A stretch of DNA of 64,000 nt from contig MGFG01000020.1 in assembly GCA_001791745.1 (NCBI GenBank), forward strand, positions 10,712 through 74,711. Reading direction: 5' to 3'. Source of the stretch: Candidatus Uhrbacteria bacterium RIFOXYC2_FULL_47_19 (lineage in GTDB: Bacteria > Patescibacteriota > Patescibacteriia > SG8-24). The notes under the pieces were generated by a model that saw nothing but the letters and a program-made list of their open reading frames with translations, was not told where the DNA came from and did no database searches. This document shows positions 47,478 through 56,301 of this stretch, piece by piece (position 1 is the first letter of the stretch; every line of letters starts with the position of its first letter). The position numbers were made by a program, and so were the translations under genes.

Positions 47478-48884
47478 ATGGATTGGCTTAAAGAAGTCAA
47501 AAGAGCTCACATCATCGGTATTGGTGGAATTGGCGTGTCAGCAGTGGCCCGTCTACTTTTGTCTTCAGGGGTTGAAGTTAGTGGTTCTGACTTTGCTGAG
47601 AGTGGTGTAGTTGAAGTGTTACGTCGTGTCGGAGCAAAAGTAACAATTGGTCATGACGCAGCTAATTTGCCAGCTGATGTTGACTTGGTGGTACGTACGA
47701 GTGCTGTGCCGGATGATAATCCAGAGTTGGTCGAAGCTCGTCGACGTAATATACGTAACCTGACTTATTTTGAGTTTCTTGGTCAGTATGCGGACGGTAA
47801 ACGAACTGTGGCTGTGGCTGGTACTAATGGTAAGAGTACAACTACAGCCATGTTGGGATTGATTTTGATTGAGGCAGGTTTCGATCCAACTGTGATTGTC
47901 GGCACTAAAGTTCCTTCGTTTGATGGTGGGAATTTGCGATTGGGTGGTAGTAATCTTTTGGTGGTAGAGGCCTGCGAGCATCAGGCACATTTGTTGGTTT
48001 TTCGACCAGCAGCAGCGGTTGTTACCAACGTTGAAGAGGATCATCTTGACTATTACACCGACCGTCAGCACATCATGGATACCTTTGAGCAGTTTTTGAG
48101 TCAGATTCGGCCAGAAGGTTTTGTTGTGTTGAACGCTAATGATTCAGATGGTGCTGGGGCACTACAGTGTAGTGGTCGAAGTTTACGTTTTGGTTCTGGT
48201 GAAGAAGCTGACTATCGACTTGGAGAGATTATGGTCGGGGATGGGGTTCAAAGTTTTCATCTATATAAAAGTGAACAGGATTTGGGTGAGATTGAGTTGC
48301 ATGTGCCCGGTCGATTTAATATCGAAAACGCTGCTGCTGCGGCAATTATGGCTTTGGAGCATGGTGCATCGTTCGAAATTGTTCGGAAGGCATTGTCTGA
48401 GTACAGCGGTATTTGGCGTCGATTTGAGGTAGTGGGGGAGCCATACGGTGGACCAGTGATCTCTGACTATGGTCATCATCCAGTTGCGGTTGAAGGAACC
48501 ATTGCAGCAGCACGTGAGTTTTATCCAGATCGTAAAATCGTATTAGTCTTTCAGCCTCATCATCGCAATCGAACTCGTAATCTTTTTGACCGCTTTGTGA
48601 AATCATTTGATGGTGCAGATTCAGTCGTATTGCTTGAGATTTATGATGTAATTGGACGAGAGGGAGACGAAGATGCAGACATTAGTTCGCGTAATTTAAT
48701 GGAGGCAGTGATTGAACATGATCATTCGCGTGGTATTGAACGACAGATTAGATATGCAGCCTCTCTTGAGGAGGGTTTTGCAGCTATTCATTCCGTGTTA
48801 GCACCAGGTGCAGTTACATTGGTCTTGGGGGCTGGTGATGTTGATCGATTAGCACGGCGACTGTCCGGAAAAGAAACTGACTGA
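47478..48884 (+). CDS. murC: UDP-N-acetylmuramate--L-alanine ligase
   Basis: HIIGIGGIGVSAVARLL and GTNGKSTTTAM (P-loop) are present. The Mur ligase middle and C-terminal domains follow. Confidence 0.9.
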   Translation: MDWLKEVKRAHIIGIGGIGVSAVARLLLSSGVEVSGSDFAESGVVEVLRRVGAKVTIGHDAANLPADVDLVVRTSAVPDDNPELVEARRRNIRNLTYFEFLGQYADGKRTVAVAGTNGKSTTTAMLGLILIEAGFDPTVIVGTKVPSFDGGNLRLGGSNLLVVEACEHQAHLLVFRPAAAVVTNVEEDHLDYYTDRQHIMDTFEQFLSQIRPEGFVVLNANDSDGAGALQCSGRSLRFGSGEEADYRLGEIMVGDGVQSFHLYKSEQDLGEIELHVPGRFNIENAAAAAIMALEHGASFEIVRKALSEYSGIWRRFEVVGEPYGGPVISDYGHHPVAVEGTIAAAREFYPDRKIVLVFQPHHRNRTRNLFDRFVKSFDGADSVVLLEIYDVIGREGDEDADISSRNLMEAVIEHDHSRGIERQIRYAASLEEGFAAIHSVLAPGAVTLVLGAGDVDRLARRLSGKETD

Positions 48885-48887
48885 TTT

Positions 48888-49877
48888 ATGTCAAACCAGA
48901 TTGAAGAATTGCACCGTCTTGTGTCGCCTGATATCACCATTGATGAGCCGTTAGCTTTGCACACTACATATCGGATTGGTGGTCCGGCTGATTTCTTTTT
49001 TGCTGCTCCGTCCGTTGCCCTGGTGACAGCGGCAGTTCAAGTCGCCCAAGAACTAAATTTGCCGTATTACATCTTAGGTGGAGGTTCAAACGTTTTAGTT
49101 TCAGATGATGGTTTTCGAGGGCTGGTAATAAAAATGATTAATCGTGGTATCGAGATTGATGGAAACAAAGTTAGGGTTGAGGCTGGTACGCCGACTTCTT
49201 TAGTAGCACTTCAATCAACCGAGGCTGGCATGACTGGATTTGAGTGGGCTATTGGTTTGCCTGGAACAATCGGTGGTGCCATTCGTGGTAATGCTGGTTG
49301 CTATGGTGGTTCAACCGGCGAGTCGATTGAGAGTGTCAGTTGTTTGCGTAATGGGCAATTGATTGAAATGCTTCAAGCAGAGTGTGAGTTCGGCTATCGT
49401 CAGAGTGTATTCAAGTCTGAACCAGGTTATGTAATTTTGTCTGCAGTTCTATTATTACGTACTGCAGATAATGCAACTAATGGTCAGGTTAGATTGAAAG
49501 AGATTTTGAATGATAAAAGATCGACTCAACCAACGGGACAGTCGACCGCTGGCTGCGTGTTTAAAAACTGGCACCCCGAATCACCTGAGGATTTGGACGA
49601 TTTACGTCGTTGGTTAGATCTTGATTCAGACGAGAAGGTTCCAGTAACAACTGATGGAACTGTTCCAGCCGGTTGGATTTTAGATCGAGCCCAATTGAAG
49701 GGGACTAAGGTCGGTCATGTTGGTATTTCCGATCGACATGCTAATTTTTTGGTCAATGATGGACAGGCAACTGCTGGAGAAGTGATTGAATTAATTGCTG
49801 TAGTTAAGTCGCGATTACGTAGTCAGACTCAAGGACGAGTTAATCTTCTGGAAGAAATCGAGTATGTCGGATTTTGA
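48888..49877 (+). CDS. murB: UDP-N-acetylenolpyruvoylglucosamine reductase
   Basis: The FAD-binding domain reads TTYRIGGPADFF...ILGGGSNVLVSD. The catalytic motifs are GCVFKN and GHVGISDRHANF. Confidence 0.9.
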   Translation: MSNQIEELHRLVSPDITIDEPLALHTTYRIGGPADFFFAAPSVALVTAAVQVAQELNLPYYILGGGSNVLVSDDGFRGLVIKMINRGIEIDGNKVRVEAGTPTSLVALQSTEAGMTGFEWAIGLPGTIGGAIRGNAGCYGGSTGESIESVSCLRNGQLIEMLQAECEFGYRQSVFKSEPGYVILSAVLLLRTADNATNGQVRLKEILNDKRSTQPTGQSTAGCVFKNWHPESPEDLDDLRRWLDLDSDEKVPVTTDGTVPAGWILDRAQLKGTKVGHVGISDRHANFLVNDGQATAGEVIELIAVVKSRLRSQTQGRVNLLEEIEYVGF

Positions 49878-50877
49878 GGTACTGCCAGTTCAAATCGAGG
49901 AGAATGATGTTGATTTGTCTAACTCTGGAATTAAAAAAGAAATTACCAATCCTACTTTACAATCAAAAAAACGACGGATAGTGATTCGTTGGATTTGGCT
50001 AGTAATTGTCGTAGTAGTTGTTGGTCTGGTCTGGTGGTGGTTCGGAGGTAATGTTTGTAGTCTACCGATTGAATATCGCATTGGGCATTACGACGAACGA
50101 TTTGATATCTCTAAAGAGGAGTTTTTGATGGTATTATCTGAGGCTGAACTAAAATGGGAAAGTGCGACCGGTCAGGACTTACTGCGCTATAATGCAAATA
50201 GTACTGAGGCTGTGGCGGTAAATTTGGTTTTTGATGATCGGCAGGTGGCGACACAGGAGTTGGAACGATTGAAGTTCGAACGTGATGGTTTAGAATCGGA
50301 AATTGGTTCAATAGCCGATGAGTATCAAAAACTTAGGTCCGTCTACGATGCTCGTGAGGCATCGATCGCTGAATTAAAAACATATTACGAAGAGCAACTT
50401 CAATTATTTGAATTGACTGTCCGAGCTTGGAATACCCGTGGTGGTGCATCTCGGGATGTCTACGATGAGTTGTTACGCGAACAGAGTCGTCTAGATAATT
50501 ATGTTAGCGATTTGAATGCACTTATTGATGAGCAAAATCGTCAGGCTGAGCAGCTTAATCAGTTAGCCGGACAGGAGCAGGAAAAGGTTGTGGGTTTCAA
50601 TGCTGGAGTTAGTCGTTTTAACGAAACGTTTACCTTGGGAGAAGATGATGAACAGGGAATTTATAGTTCTGGAACCATTAATGTTTATCAGTTTGATAAT
50701 CGTGAGGATTTAGTTATGTTATTAATGCATGAGTTTGGGCATGCATTGGGGTTAGGTCACGATAGTGATCCTCAATCGATAATGTTTCCTCGTAAAAACG
50801 AGCAGCAAGATGATGGCGACGCTTACATTTCATCAGGTACCCTACAGGGGTTATTCCGTCGCTGTAACTTACACTAA
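49864..50877 (+). CDS. Membrane-anchored matrixin-like (metzincin) zinc metalloprotease with a coiled-coil region
   Basis: A TM helix reads IWLVIVVVVVGLVWWWF. The catalytic motif HEFGHALGLGHDSDPQSIMFP matches HExxHxxGxxH plus a Met-turn. The gene overlaps the murB stop by 14 nt. Confidence 0.7.
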   Translation: MSDFEVLPVQIEENDVDLSNSGIKKEITNPTLQSKKRRIVIRWIWLVIVVVVVGLVWWWFGGNVCSLPIEYRIGHYDERFDISKEEFLMVLSEAELKWESATGQDLLRYNANSTEAVAVNLVFDDRQVATQELERLKFERDGLESEIGSIADEYQKLRSVYDAREASIAELKTYYEEQLQLFELTVRAWNTRGGASRDVYDELLREQSRLDNYVSDLNALIDEQNRQAEQLNQLAGQEQEKVVGFNAGVSRFNETFTLGEDDEQGIYSSGTINVYQFDNREDLVMLLMHEFGHALGLGHDSDPQSIMFPRKNEQQDDGDAYISSGTLQGLFRRCNLH

Positions 50878-50918
50878 CTCGAGTCAATTTTGTTAATTGA
50901 ACCTAATGGACTAACGAT

Positions 50919-51302
50919 ATGCATGTCGATATTAAGACCAAAGGTATCGAGTTAACCGAGGCGATTCGGTCAGCAGTTGAACAACGACTAGCTAAACTGG
51001 AGTCTGAGCTTGAGCGATTCGGGACAGCTGTATCACTTGAAGCCGTAGTCGGCAAAACAACCGAACATCATAACAAAGGACCGTTCTTTAGGGCCGAGCT
51101 ACGAGTTGGACTACCGGGTAAGTTTGTTTATGCCGAAGCTGAGGATGAGGATCTCTATGTGGCGATACGTGAGGCCAAAGATCGGGCTAGGCGTCAGATT
51201 CTCGATTATAAGAGTAAATTCGATGATCAGACTAGAGTGACTAATAATCAGAGCTCGCTTGAACTTTTGCATGATCAGGAAACCCACTCGGAAGAGTTTT
51301 AA
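50919..51302 (+). CDS. hpf: Ribosome hibernation promoting factor (HPF/RaiA)
   Basis: MHVDIKTKGIELTEAIRSAVEQRLAKL...YAEAEDEDLYVAIREAKDRARRQI. This is colinear with the HPF family. Confidence 0.85.
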   Translation: MHVDIKTKGIELTEAIRSAVEQRLAKLESELERFGTAVSLEAVVGKTTEHHNKGPFFRAELRVGLPGKFVYAEAEDEDLYVAIREAKDRARRQILDYKSKFDDQTRVTNNQSSLELLHDQETHSEEF

Positions 51303-51470
51303 CTTCTATATATAATAAGAAGGTCCGAATACGGACGCGCTCAGTCGGGCGCGTTCGTCATTTATCAGGATTTGAGACTCCAAAACAACTATTTTAAGCT
51401 TGAAGCATGGACGGTTTGGCTTTTATGGGTATATATTGAGGCCGTCAGTCACGGATTTATTAGAACCTAC

Positions 51471-54281
51471 ATGTCATTCTTACATCGAATTTTTGGCGAT
51501 CCCAATGAGAAAGTATTGGCGGAGATGAATCCCCGAATAGAGGACATCAACGCATTGGAAGAGGAAATTAGTCAACTAGGACCGGAGGCAATTCGGGATC
51601 GGTCAGTCGATCTTAAACGACGGGTGGCAATTGGAGTGTCTTTGGATGAGATTCTACCTGAGGCCTTTGCACTCTGTCGTGAGGCAGCCAAGCGCACGCT
51701 CGGTCAACGTCATTACGACGTCCAATTAATGGGCGGTATTGTGTTACACAATGGGCAGATCGCTGAGATGCGGACTGGTGAGGGTAAGACTCTAACAGCA
51801 ACTTTAGCTGTTTATTTGAACGCATTATCTGGCAAAGGCGTGCACGTGGTGACAGTTAATGATTATCTGTCGCGTCGTGATGCAGCTTGGATGGGTCAGG
51901 TCTACCATGCACTCGGTTTGAGTGTGTCCTGTGTTAATCATCAGACGGCTTATGTTTACGATCCAGACTGGAAAGTACCGGAACAGACGACTGAATTAAC
52001 CATGGAAGATTTAGCGGAGGCTTCGGAAAAGGAAGAAGGGGGAGCTGTGGATCAGAAGCGCGATGCAACCGGTTCATTCCAAGTCGAAATGGATTACCTT
52101 CGTCCGGTCGGACGAAAAGACGCCTATTTGGCGGATATCACTTACGGTACCAATAACGAGTACGGTTTTGATTATTTGCGTGACAACATGGCCGTTCGTC
52201 CGGAACAGAAGGTTCAACGTCCGCTGCATTATGCCATTGTTGATGAGGTTGACTCGATCCTGATTGATGAGGCTAGGACGCCACTCATTATTTCTGCACC
52301 AGCCGAAGAGGCGGCAGATACCTACTACAAATTTGCAACTTTGGTTAAGCCTCTACAAGAGGACGTAGACTTCAATCGTGACGAGAAAATGAAGGCTGCA
52401 AGTTTCACCGAAGAGGGACAGAATCGAGTTTCGCGCGAATTGGGCTTTGACCCTTGGGCCGACAATGATACACGGACTATTTTTCATCTTGAAGCCGCGT
52501 TGCGTGCCGGCAAAATGTATGAGATTGACCGTGATTACGTAGTTAAGGATGGCGAGGTGATTATTGTTGATGAGTTTACTGGTCGGTTAATGAATGGTCG
52601 ACGCTACAGTGAGGGCCTACATCAAGCTATCGAAGCTAAGGAAGGAGTGGCTATCCAACGAGAGAGTCGAACACTTGCTACTGTCACTTTCCAGAATTAT
52701 TTTCGCATGTACGAGAAGTTGGCCGGTATGACCGGTACGGCCGCGACTGAGGCTGAAGAGTTTTCTAAGATTTACAGTCTAGAGGTCACAGTAATTCCAA
52801 CTAATCGACCAACTTGCCGTGAGGATTTACCAGATCGAATTTTTAAAAACGAAAAAGGTAAGTTCGCCGCGGTGGTGGAGGAAATTCGAGCTAGGCACGA
52901 AAAAGGACAACCGGTATTGGTTGGTACAGCTTCAATTGAGAAAAATGAGATACTAGGGAAATTGCTCGAGCGTGAAGGTATACCGCATGAGTTGTTGAAT
53001 GCTAAGAATCACGAGCGTGAGGCCAAGATAATCGCTCAAGCTGGTCGGGTTGGGGCGGTAACGATCGCTACTAATATGGCCGGGCGTGGTGTGGATATTA
53101 TTTTAGGTGGTAATCCGCCAGATTCAGCAGCGATTGAAAAGGTACGTGAATTAGGTGGATTGTTTGTTATTGGTACCGAACGACATGAGTCACGACGTAT
53201 TGATAATCAGTTGCGCGGCCGTGCCGGACGACAAGGTGATCCGGGCAGTACTAGGTTCTTTATTTCGCTCGAGGATGATTTGATGCGGATTTTTGCTTCG
53301 GACAGCATGCGCGCTATGATAGACCGTCTTGGTTTGCCGGATGACTTACCAATCGAGAATCGAATCGTTAATCGCTCCATTGAGAGTGCTCAGAAGAAAG
53401 TTGAAGGACACCACTTCGATGTTCGTAAGCATCTCTTGGAGTACGACGATGTACTAAATCGGCATCGCGAGGTTTTTTATCGCAAACGTGATGAGATGTT
53501 GGCTTTGTCGCCAGATGATTCAATTGGTATGCGTCAGCATACGCTTGAAATGGTGGAGTCGGAGATTGAGCGGGTAGTTTTATTCCATACTTCAGCCGAG
53601 GACGAGAAGGCCTGGGATTTGAAGGAAATCTACGAGGTTGTCGACACTATTTTTCCAATGTCGACTGAGGAACGTGAAAAATTAACAGAAATTAGTCGTG
53701 AAGCTGGTTCTAAGAAAGAGGATGCCGAAGCTCGAACCAAGATCATTGAATTTTTGATGTCGGTGGCCGGTATAGAATACGATAAATTGGAGTCTAGAGT
53801 TGGTGCAGCTCTCGCTACAATAGGTGGTGGTAATAGCCATTTTCCTGACATTGTTCGTGGCATGATCTTACGTGCTATGGATATGTTATGGGTTGAGCAT
53901 TTGGACGCTATTGATCATATGCGAACCGGTGTTGGGTTGCAGGGCTATGGTCAGCGTGATCCATTGGTTGAGTACAAGAGGGAGTCTTTTCGTATGTTCA
54001 ATGAGTTCATGGCTATGATCGAAAAGCAGGTCGTTTACTCGTTGTTCAAAATGAGCGTGGTGGCCCAGCGGCCACAGACTGTCCAGCCGGCCAAGTCGCT
54101 TTTGGATCAGAAAGGATTAAAAATGTCAGGTGCTCAAAAATCGGCCGATGGTGGGGTGGTTGAGTCCGGTGCTGGAGCGGCTAGCGACAAGATTGGTCGC
54201 AATGACCCTTGTCCTTGTGGGGCAAGCAAGGAGGATGGTACTCCGGTCAAGTATAAGAAGTGTCATGGCCGGGAGGTTTAA
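51471..54281 (+). CDS. secA: Preprotein translocase ATPase SecA
   Basis: MRTGEGKTLTATL is the Walker A motif. The DEAD-like, PPXD and HSD domains are present. The C-terminal Zn motif is CPCGASKEDGTPVKYKKCHG. The ATG at MSFLHRIFG is the start; the upstream part of the track ORF begins with a TTG. Confidence 0.9.
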   Translation: MSFLHRIFGDPNEKVLAEMNPRIEDINALEEEISQLGPEAIRDRSVDLKRRVAIGVSLDEILPEAFALCREAAKRTLGQRHYDVQLMGGIVLHNGQIAEMRTGEGKTLTATLAVYLNALSGKGVHVVTVNDYLSRRDAAWMGQVYHALGLSVSCVNHQTAYVYDPDWKVPEQTTELTMEDLAEASEKEEGGAVDQKRDATGSFQVEMDYLRPVGRKDAYLADITYGTNNEYGFDYLRDNMAVRPEQKVQRPLHYAIVDEVDSILIDEARTPLIISAPAEEAADTYYKFATLVKPLQEDVDFNRDEKMKAASFTEEGQNRVSRELGFDPWADNDTRTIFHLEAALRAGKMYEIDRDYVVKDGEVIIVDEFTGRLMNGRRYSEGLHQAIEAKEGVAIQRESRTLATVTFQNYFRMYEKLAGMTGTAATEAEEFSKIYSLEVTVIPTNRPTCREDLPDRIFKNEKGKFAAVVEEIRARHEKGQPVLVGTASIEKNEILGKLLEREGIPHELLNAKNHEREAKIIAQAGRVGAVTIATNMAGRGVDIILGGNPPDSAAIEKVRELGGLFVIGTERHESRRIDNQLRGRAGRQGDPGSTRFFISLEDDLMRIFASDSMRAMIDRLGLPDDLPIENRIVNRSIESAQKKVEGHHFDVRKHLLEYDDVLNRHREVFYRKRDEMLALSPDDSIGMRQHTLEMVESEIERVVLFHTSAEDEKAWDLKEIYEVVDTIFPMSTEEREKLTEISREAGSKKEDAEARTKIIEFLMSVAGIEYDKLESRVGAALATIGGGNSHFPDIVRGMILRAMDMLWVEHLDAIDHMRTGVGLQGYGQRDPLVEYKRESFRMFNEFMAMIEKQVVYSLFKMSVVAQRPQTVQPAKSLLDQKGLKMSGAQKSADGGVVESGAGAASDKIGRNDPCPCGASKEDGTPVKYKKCHGREV

Positions 54282-54355
54282 GAGTAGTATTGGTTGGTTT
54301 TAGCCAGATTAATTAAAAAGAGCGATCAGACCATTAATCTACAGTGATTCAATAG

Positions 54356-54386
54356 TAAAAACCGTGCCCCCAAGGTTCGGTTTTTT
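54356..54386 (+). terminator. Terminator-like hairpin after secA
   Basis: AAAACCG-tgcccccaaggtt-CGGTTTTTT. Confidence 0.4.
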
Positions 54387-54503
54387 GGTTTGATTTGACA
54401 GTGTTTTGTTGGTATTTTAAAAGGGATGTTGTTATAGAAATAATCGACGGATTATGAATAATGAGCAGGTAATAATTGACAAAATAGACGGCTTGGCCTC
54501 CTT

Positions 54504-54767
54504 TTGAGAGGACAGATCGAAGGGTTAGCGGCCGATGTCAGGGAGTTGAATGGGCGAGAGGATTTACTTTTTCAGAAAGTAATGGAGATTGAAGATAAGA
54601 TTTACGTTCTGTCATCCAATGCACGAGTCTCCGATTTGGAGAGTTGTATGATGACCGAGTTTGATAGACGGTCCTTGGTATTGAAAAAATTGGATGAAGA
54701 ACGTTTAGCGTCGTTTGTGCGCATGGATCAGATTGAAGATTGCTTCAATTCAGCTAGCGTCGTTTGA
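54504..54767 (+). CDS. Hypothetical small protein (TTG start; weak call)
   Basis: An 87-aa ORF with no ATG start. Coiled-coil-like. Confidence 0.3.
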   Translation: MRGQIEGLAADVRELNGREDLLFQKVMEIEDKIYVLSSNARVSDLESCMMTEFDRRSLVLKKLDEERLASFVRMDQIEDCFNSASVV

Positions 54768-54807
54768 CCAGTAGATCGAATTCTATCGGTCTATAATCAA
54801 TATTTCA

Positions 54808-56256
54808 TTGTCGGGAAACAATAAATTGTATTCTATGGAGAGTTTTTTTTCGCAAGAGCATTTTCGGTCACTGCCAAAAGAATCCTTGCAGGAAGTTTAT
54901 GAAAATAAACGTGTAGAACTACCATTTATCCCAAAAGATTTGGCATTTTTTGTTGATACCACTCACGGTAATTTACAACTACGTGTACTGCCGTATCATC
55001 ATCGTAGTGCGGATTTGGGTATTTCTTTACCCATAGTTGAAAGAGGAAAGAGAGAAAATAGAGTTTACTGCCAAGTTGATGTTAAGGGTGGTGGTTTTTT
55101 GTTTCCTAAAAGTTTTGAATCTAAGAAGGACGGCATAGTAATGGGTCAACTAGATGATGCCGAGGAAGTTTATTTTATGCCGGACTCTAAAGAAACGCCT
55201 TGGAGTTATGATTTTCTAGGGTTGATGGATGAGAGGTTGGCTATGAGAGTTACCGAGGTGATCGAGATGTTGGCTGAGACGGGCATGAGGACGGAGGCTC
55301 TGGCCGGTGTTTATAGGACTGATCGGGTAGTGATTAACGGACAAGATGTTTCTATAGATGACCTCAAAGAGAAAGTCGTCGATCAGTTACAACAAGCCAT
55401 CAGTGCTGCCAACAGTGATCATGAGAAGTCTGAATTGGAAGGTAAGATAGAAGATCTGAAGGAAAATTTTGATCCGGTAATAGTTATTCGTCTGATGCGT
55501 TCGGTGTTGCGCATTAGGGATATGAAGGAAGTTATGGGTGATATTGGTCAGGAAGGGGTAGTTCAGATGATTTCTGAGGCCTGTAAGAATTTAAACATTG
55601 AAGCTAAGGCTCTTGGCCACTCGGACCGATTTGATGCCTCGACTCCGGAAGGGCGTGAGAAGTGGGTAAAATTTGTCTGTTTTTGGTACGGGAAAAACGC
55701 CGGTATTATGCATCGCGAGGGGGTAGTCCATCAGTTTCTACACATGGGTAACCTGACTTTGGCAGGGGAGGTGGTCGATATGGATTCCGTCGGACAGTTG
55801 CTGACACACAAGAAGTTTAGGGGTCGACCAGAGAACAAGGAGAAATGGATCAAGCGTGGTGATCGTAATGGTGACGGGACACCGTTCAGCGAACGGTCAT
55901 TCTTTAGGTCTACCGATGACGGTTGTGTTTTTATTAGTCCCGAAGTGGGCCTGCATCAGCAACCAGATGAACGTTTTGGTTTACCCAAGGCTTTATTAAA
56001 GGACTTACGTGATTCATGCTTTTCTATACATTTGATGTGTAAAAATATTTTGACTAAATTGCCAGGTATGAATGTTTCTGAGTTAAGACAGAAGTTGGCT
56101 GATGATTTTGTTCGTGGGTACAAGGATGGATTAGACGGCTCAGAGCCATTTGATAAGATTGGTATTACTGGGGACAGGTTGATATCTGTTTGCACTGAAA
56201 TATCCGAGAGCGTTATTGCCAGAGGTGAGTATTATGCGCCAATTCCTATCGATTAA
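54808..56256 (+). CDS. Hypothetical protein (482 aa)
   Basis: A soluble protein. The segment GIMHREGVVHQFLHMGNLTLAGEVVDMD loosely resembles the catalytic H-x-D...N...D loop of phosphotransferases. This resemblance is weak. Confidence 0.55.
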   Translation: MSGNNKLYSMESFFSQEHFRSLPKESLQEVYENKRVELPFIPKDLAFFVDTTHGNLQLRVLPYHHRSADLGISLPIVERGKRENRVYCQVDVKGGGFLFPKSFESKKDGIVMGQLDDAEEVYFMPDSKETPWSYDFLGLMDERLAMRVTEVIEMLAETGMRTEALAGVYRTDRVVINGQDVSIDDLKEKVVDQLQQAISAANSDHEKSELEGKIEDLKENFDPVIVIRLMRSVLRIRDMKEVMGDIGQEGVVQMISEACKNLNIEAKALGHSDRFDASTPEGREKWVKFVCFWYGKNAGIMHREGVVHQFLHMGNLTLAGEVVDMDSVGQLLTHKKFRGRPENKEKWIKRGDRNGDGTPFSERSFFRSTDDGCVFISPEVGLHQQPDERFGLPKALLKDLRDSCFSIHLMCKNILTKLPGMNVSELRQKLADDFVRGYKDGLDGSEPFDKIGITGDRLISVCTEISESVIARGEYYAPIPID

Positions 56257-56301
56257 GTGTCGAGTTTTTAATAAAAATTCATAATTTATCAATCCTGAAT
56301 A

